Shown here piece after piece: positions 59,027-64,000 of a stretch of 64,000 bases of DNA (position 1 is the first letter of the stretch; each line of letters begins with the position of its first letter). Made by a program: the position numbers and the translations under genes. Location of the stretch: the NCBI GenBank assembly GCA_965213625.1, contig CBDBZU010000004.1, forward strand, positions 576,001-640,000, written 5' to 3'. The DNA comes from a bacterium (GTDB lineage Bacteria; UBA8248). A model generated the notes under the pieces. It had not been told where the DNA came from. It made no database searches and worked only from the letters and a program-made list of their open reading frames with translations.

Positions 59027-61063
59027 TCATACTTTCACGGGAGACAGAAAGACCCCGTCTCCCTCCTCGGCGTCGAGCATGGCGATACCGTCCGCGTCAA
59101 GACCCGCCGCGTTCTCGGGCAGCGCATCGTCCGCTTCCATCCATGCGCGAAGCGGCACTCCCCACTTTCCGCGCAACTCGACCAAATCCCCTTCATGAAG
59201 ACCCCGCCCCGCGAGCGTCGCCGGGTTCATGTAACACCTACGGCGGGAATCCTCGCGAGCTTTTTTATCTTTGAGTACAAGAGTCATCGCGCGTCTCGCC
59301 GCCCGGGCGGCCTGCCTGCGAGCGTGCGTTCCTTCTTCATCCAATACGCCGTCTTGTACGATTACGGCGTAATCACGCCTCGCTCCTTCTTCACTTACAT
59401 AGCCCGCCCGCACGTCGGCGAGAACCGACTCGATATCCCGCTGAAACGGGTCGCTGAATCCGCCGCCGCCCGAAGTTTCCATGACGAAAACGTCACACCT
59501 CTCAAGAGGATAACCCGCCGCCTTACCGGGGGTTTCCGTGGGCGCGAGAGTTTTCTCTCCCCTTTCAACGACGAATCGGTTGGGCATTCCCGGCCCTCCG
59601 CCGAGTACGCCAAAGGGCGGGATGACGTTCTTATCCGAGGATATCGAGAGGAGCGCGCTCTCCGCCAACACCTCCACCTCGCGGTGTAAGCCCAGCCCGC
59701 CTCTGTGGACGCCGGCTCCGCCCGAATCCACACGCAGGGAGAGTTCCCTTATCCTGAGCGGCTGGCCCTGCTCGATGACCTCGACCGACTGGATCGATGC
59801 GAAATCCCCTTCCGTGAAATTCCGCGTGGCGTTGTTGCCGTCGCTCTCTGCGAAGCCGCCCGTGCCGCCCGCCGGAAACTCGTAGAAGAGAAACGGCTCC
59901 CCGCTTTGCGCGTCCCTCCCGCCGATGTAGACGTGGTTCGACGTGCCCTTGAGATCGCCCGTCACGGCATCGGACGCGAAGCGCGCGGTGGCGCCGATGA
60001 GAACGGAGACCACGGCGTGGCTCACCTCCATCGAGCCTGCACAACTCGCCGGGTAGCGCGCCGAAAGCAGCGAGCCGGGCTCGACCCGGATGGTAAGCGG
60101 ACGGAAGGCCCCGTGGTTGATGGCGCCCTTGGGGTCCAGGAACGCCTTGATGACGCTGAAGGCGGCGGATGGCGCCATCGCGGGGCCCACGTTGTAGGCG
60201 CCTTTCGTCTGCGGGTCTGTTCCGTGAAAATCGACTATCAGCTCATCGCCCGATTTTTCCACCCGCGCTCGGATGCGTATCGGTTCGAGCGAGTGGCCGT
60301 CATGATCCATGAAATGCTCGTAGGTGGATTCCCCGTCGGGCAGGGCGGCGATTCTGCGCCGCATGGAGGCTTCGGCGCGCTCGAGCAGGCGATCCTTCGC
60401 GGCGAGGATGACCTCCCAGTCGTATTTCGCGGCCAGTTCCTCCAGCCGCTTGTGAGCGGTGTGGCAGGTGGCCAGCATGGCGAAAAAATCTCCGCGCCGC
60501 TCCTCGGGAACCCGCATGTTGTGCAGGAGAAGGTCGAGAATCCCCTCGTTGAGCTCCCCCTTCTCGATGATCCGCAAGATGGGGATGCGCACCCCGTCGT
60601 GGAGAATCTCGGTGTTCTTCCCGGAAATGCTCCCCGGCGTCGTGCCGCCCACGTCACCCCAGTGCGCGCGGACGACGGGGTAGACCGCCATTTCCCCGCC
60701 ATGAAACAGGGGCGAGATGATCGCCACATCGTTCAGGTGCGTTCCGCCCGTATAGGGGTCGTTGTGGATGAAAACGTCGCCCGGATGGATGTCGCCCCCG
60801 AAGCGCTCGAGCATTTCTCCGACTTCCATCGGCACCGGGAAGATATGAACGGGGTTGTCCTCCGCCATGGCGACGAGCTGTCCCTCGCCGTCCACGAGCA
60901 CGCAGGAGAAATCGTGCCCCTCGTAGATGATGGAGGAATACGCCGTGCGCACCATGTTCGCGCGCATCTCCCGGACGACGGCGACGAAGGATTCGTTGAT
61001 GACTTCCAGGGTTATGGGGTCTATTTCCCCGCTAATTTCCCGGTACATGGATTCCCCGTTCAT
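59027..61063 (-). CDS. hydantoinase B/oxoprolinase family protein with C-terminal extension
   Basis: DPITLEV, NDPYTGGTHLND, HWGDVGG, DSGGAG..RGG and GGGG motifs. Confidence 0.94.
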   Translation of the reverse strand: MNGESMYREISGEIDPITLEVINESFVAVVREMRANMVRTAYSSIIYEGHDFSCVLVDGEGQLVAMAEDNPVHIFPVPMEVGEMLERFGGDIHPGDVFIHNDPYTGGTHLNDVAIISPLFHGGEMAVYPVVRAHWGDVGGTTPGSISGKNTEILHDGVRIPILRIIEKGELNEGILDLLLHNMRVPEERRGDFFAMLATCHTAHKRLEELAAKYDWEVILAAKDRLLERAEASMRRRIAALPDGESTYEHFMDHDGHSLEPIRIRARVEKSGDELIVDFHGTDPQTKGAYNVGPAMAPSAAFSVIKAFLDPKGAINHGAFRPLTIRVEPGSLLSARYPASCAGSMEVSHAVVSVLIGATARFASDAVTGDLKGTSNHVYIGGRDAQSGEPFLFYEFPAGGTGGFAESDGNNATRNFTEGDFASIQSVEVIEQGQPLRIRELSLRVDSGGAGVHRGGLGLHREVEVLAESALLSISSDKNVIPPFGVLGGGPGMPNRFVVERGEKTLAPTETPGKAAGYPLERCDVFVMETSGGGGFSDPFQRDIESVLADVRAGYVSEEGARRDYAVIVQDGVLDEEGTHARRQAARAARRAMTLVLKDKKAREDSRRRCYMNPATLAGRGLHEGDLVELRGKWGVPLRAWMEADDALPENAAGLDADGIAMLDAEEGDGVFLSPVKV

Positions 61064-61221
61064 AAAGACGTGGCCGATGGCCGCATCTTAGCCCGAACGG
61101 GGAGGTTTATTCACCCGGCTCCCGTGTACGGGCGAGAGTCCAGACAAAGGGTTTCGAGTGAAAGCGGAACGGCTTCCGGTGTTGTCGAATCTTTAGGGAG
61201 ATGCAGCAGAGTACCCGGAGA

Positions 61222-63366
61222 TTAAACCGGAGTGAGTGAAGCGCGTTTCTCCTCGCGCTCGATGCGCACGGCGCAGCACTTGAGTTCCGGTTGGTGGGAT
61301 ACCGGATCGAGCGCGGGGTTGGTGACGCGGTTCACGTTCGTCTCGGGATGGAACGACTCGCCCCAGTGCATCGGCATGAAGAGAAGCCCCCGCCGGATGC
61401 GGCTCGTGTATCTGGCGCGGGCGTATGTTCTTCCCCTGCGACCGATGAGGAAAATCCATTCTCCTTCTTTCACGCGGTGGCGGGCGGCGTCATCGGGATG
61501 AATCTCGATGAAAGGCTCGGGCTCCTGGCTGACGAGTTGGGGCACCTTCATTGTGCGCGTCCCCGTATGCCAATGCTGGGCCACACGGCCCGTGGTGAGG
61601 GTCATGGGATATTGGGCGTCTGCGGCTTCATCCGGCGGCTTGTGGGCGCAGGGCATGAACTTCGCCCGGCCGGATTCAGTCGCGAACCTGCCTCTCAGAT
61701 AGCGCCTCGGCGTGCCAGGATGCCTCGGGTGGGGACACGGCCATTGCATGGGGGCCTGCCTCAGCCGCTCGTCCGTCATCCCCGCCATATCACAGGACGT
61801 GCCTGCGGTGAGGCGGCGGAACTCGTTCCAGACATCCTCGTGGGAGGCGAAGTCGAATCCATCGAAACCCATTTCCCCGGCGATTTGCGATGCGATCCAC
61901 CAATCGGGCATCGCCTCGCCCGGCGGGTCGAGAAACTTCTCACTCCACACGACGAGGCGTTCGCTGTTCGTCATCGTCCCTTCCTTCTCGCCCCATTGCG
62001 CGACGGGCAGGAGAACGTCCGCGAACTCCGCCGTCTCCGTCGGGAAATAGCAATCCTGCACGATGACGAGTTCCGCCCGCCTGAGACCCTCGCGCGCTAC
62101 TTTGACGTCCGGCATGGTGACGGCGGGGTTCGTCGCGGCTATCCACATGGCGCGAATCTCTCCCTCCGCCGCCGCCTGAAACATGGGCACGGCCGTCAGG
62201 CCCGGCTCGGTCGAGATGCTCTCCGGCCGGATTCCCCAGGCGCCTTCCAGGTAGGCGCGGTGCGCATCGTTCGCTACGAGGCGATGGCCGGGCAACTGGT
62301 GAGACAGGTAACCCACCTCGCGGCCACCCATGGCGTTGGGCTGGCCCGTCAGCGAGAACGGACCCGCCCCTTTTTTCCCGATCTCTCCGAGTTGGAGGTG
62401 TAAGTTCTGAAGCGCCAGACATTTCTCCACGCCTTGGGTGCTCTGGTTTGTCCCCTGACAGTAAAAGCTGAGCAGTCTGCAAGGCGTCGAAAGATATTCC
62501 ACCATCTCGTCGACCCGGGCGGGGTGGATATCGCACGTCTTGAGGAGGACTTCTTCATCCAGCGCTTTGAGATGCGCGGCGTATGAGGAAAAGTCCTCCG
62601 TTCGCCTTCTGATGAATGGCGCATCCATCCTGCCGATTCCCAGGAGTCTCTTGGAAAGGAGTTGCAGAAACGCCACGTCGCTTCCCGGCGCCAGGCGTAT
62701 GTGAACATCCGCGAACTCCGCTGTGGGGTTCGAGCGCGGATCGACGACGACCACCCGCACGTTTCCGCCCTTCACGCGGCGCTTACGGATCATCTGGAAA
62801 AGAACCGGGTGGTTCTCCGCCATGTTCGCGCCGATGATGAGGATGACTCCGGCGTGCTGGATGTCGTCGTAGCACGTCGGAGGCGCGTCGGAACCGAAGG
62901 ATTGCGTATAGGCGGCCACCGCGCTCGACATGCACAGGCGGCTGTTGGTGTCCATGTTGTTCGTCTGGAGATAGCCCTTGAAGAGTTTCGTGAAAAGATA
63001 GGACGCCTCGGTGTCGAGTTGGCCGGATCCATAAAATCCGACGCTGTCCCGCCCGTGTTCCTTTTGTATCTCTAGGAGTCTTACCGCGGCGAAGTCGATG
63101 GCTTCCTCCCAGGAAACGCGGGTCGGCGCCATGCCACGGTGGCGGCGAATCAAGGGATATTTGAGTCTTCCCGATTCATCGAATACTTCTTTCAGATAAG
63201 CGCCCTTTGGACACAGCATGCCGAAATTGGGCGCCTGATCCTTATCGGCCCCGATTTTGATGATCTTGTTATTGCGCACTTTGGCCGTGATGACGCACCC
63301 CACGCCGCAGTAAGGACACACCGCCTTGCCCGAACGGATTGATGCGTCTATCTCATCCACATCCAT
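61222..63366 (-). CDS. assimilatory nitrate reductase catalytic subunit (NasA/NarB-like)
   Basis: CPYCGVGC...CPKG, NSRLCMSSA, SLTGQPNAMGGRE, TNSER and QPELK motifs. Confidence 0.93.
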   Translation of the reverse strand: MDVDEIDASIRSGKAVCPYCGVGCVITAKVRNNKIIKIGADKDQAPNFGMLCPKGAYLKEVFDESGRLKYPLIRRHRGMAPTRVSWEEAIDFAAVRLLEIQKEHGRDSVGFYGSGQLDTEASYLFTKLFKGYLQTNNMDTNSRLCMSSAVAAYTQSFGSDAPPTCYDDIQHAGVILIIGANMAENHPVLFQMIRKRRVKGGNVRVVVVDPRSNPTAEFADVHIRLAPGSDVAFLQLLSKRLLGIGRMDAPFIRRRTEDFSSYAAHLKALDEEVLLKTCDIHPARVDEMVEYLSTPCRLLSFYCQGTNQSTQGVEKCLALQNLHLQLGEIGKKGAGPFSLTGQPNAMGGREVGYLSHQLPGHRLVANDAHRAYLEGAWGIRPESISTEPGLTAVPMFQAAAEGEIRAMWIAATNPAVTMPDVKVAREGLRRAELVIVQDCYFPTETAEFADVLLPVAQWGEKEGTMTNSERLVVWSEKFLDPPGEAMPDWWIASQIAGEMGFDGFDFASHEDVWNEFRRLTAGTSCDMAGMTDERLRQAPMQWPCPHPRHPGTPRRYLRGRFATESGRAKFMPCAHKPPDEAADAQYPMTLTTGRVAQHWHTGTRTMKVPQLVSQEPEPFIEIHPDDAARHRVKEGEWIFLIGRRGRTYARARYTSRIRRGLLFMPMHWGESFHPETNVNRVTNPALDPVSHQPELKCCAVRIEREEKRASLTPV

Positions 63367-63475
63367 ACGTTGCACTCCCGCATTTCAAAACGCGTTCATC
63401 GCCGAGCGGCAAGGGAAGACGCAGCCCGCGATGCCGACTGCGCATTCCTCATAACCGGAATAAAGGGCGTCCGCC

Positions 63476-64000
63476 CTAGGCTGCCGGGCGCATACCCACT
63501 TGCTCCCTCTCGTTGAGCGCCGCCGCCAGGGCTTCTTTCTCCCGGGAGATCACTTCGGGCGTGAACTGCACCGCAAGCGCCAGGACGGAACATGCCGCCA
63601 CCGTCGCGCCCAGGTAGAAAAGGGCTTCCTGCGTCGTCAGACCCTCGGCGCGGAACAGGAAGCCGGCCGCCACGGCGCCCGCGTTTCCGCCTGCGCCCAC
63701 GATACCGGCCACCGCGCCCAGCGCCTTTTTATTTATAAAGGGAACGATGCCATAGGTGGCCCCCTCCGCCATCTGAACGAACAGGCTAAAGATGAGCATC
63801 GCCGGAACCGCTAACAACAGCGTCTCCATGTTCGCGAAAATCATGAGCGCGATTCCTTCGAGAAATATAACGATACCCATGAACCAGACCCGGCCCTTGA
63901 GGCCGCCGCGCACGGCCACTTTGTCGGAAAACACGCCGCCCAGCGTTCTGGCGAAGATGTTCATGAGTCCGAAAAGACCCGCGATGAGACCGGCTGTCTT
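63476..64000 (-). CDS. NarK/Nrt2 family nitrate/nitrite MFS transporter, partial (start lies beyond the window)
   Basis: FGLMNIFARTLGG, EGATYGIVPF and GIVGAGGN motifs. Confidence 0.9.
   Translation of the reverse strand, partial: KTAGLIAGLFGLMNIFARTLGGVFSDKVAVRGGLKGRVWFMGIVIFLEGIALMIFANMETLLLAVPAMLIFSLFVQMAEGATYGIVPFINKKALGAVAGIVGAGGNAGAVAAGFLFRAEGLTTQEALFYLGATVAACSVLALAVQFTPEVISREKEALAAALNEREQVGMRPAA

Overview
GC-rich bacterial chromosome segment with no rRNA, CRISPR array or prophage. Housekeeping and cofactor genes: acs, a TPP-riboswitch-controlled thiS-thiG-tenI/thiE operon, thiL-thiE, bioA, pyrE, serS and tRNA-Ser(UGA). Catabolic and transport genes: three cyclase-family hydrolases, alcohol dehydrogenases, a CaiB CoA-transferase, a Mo-hydroxylase large subunit, a pentaheme cytochrome c, two ABC systems, hydantoinase A/B, an aminobenzoate-CoA ligase-like enzyme, and nitrate reductase plus transporter. 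The ORF track hides or misses several things. (1) Two selenoproteins are split at in-frame UGA codons, each followed by a SECIS-like hairpin: an AhpD-like protein with a double-Sec UxxU motif (28727-29326) and a UGSC-family fusion protein (39880-41490); yqeC is also present. (2) An IS1111-type (IS110 family) element sits inside a REP hairpin, and its 3' non-coding region carries readable target and donor guide matches (bridge/seek RNA). (3) Two 1520-bp IS1182 copies target a second palindromic repeat family. (4) A stand-alone PD-(D/E)xK nuclease is fused to a SeqA-like methyl-GATC reader. (5) Unexplained inverted 24-bp repeat arrays lie beside tRNA-Ser. All assignments come from motif recognition by eye; no database searches were run.
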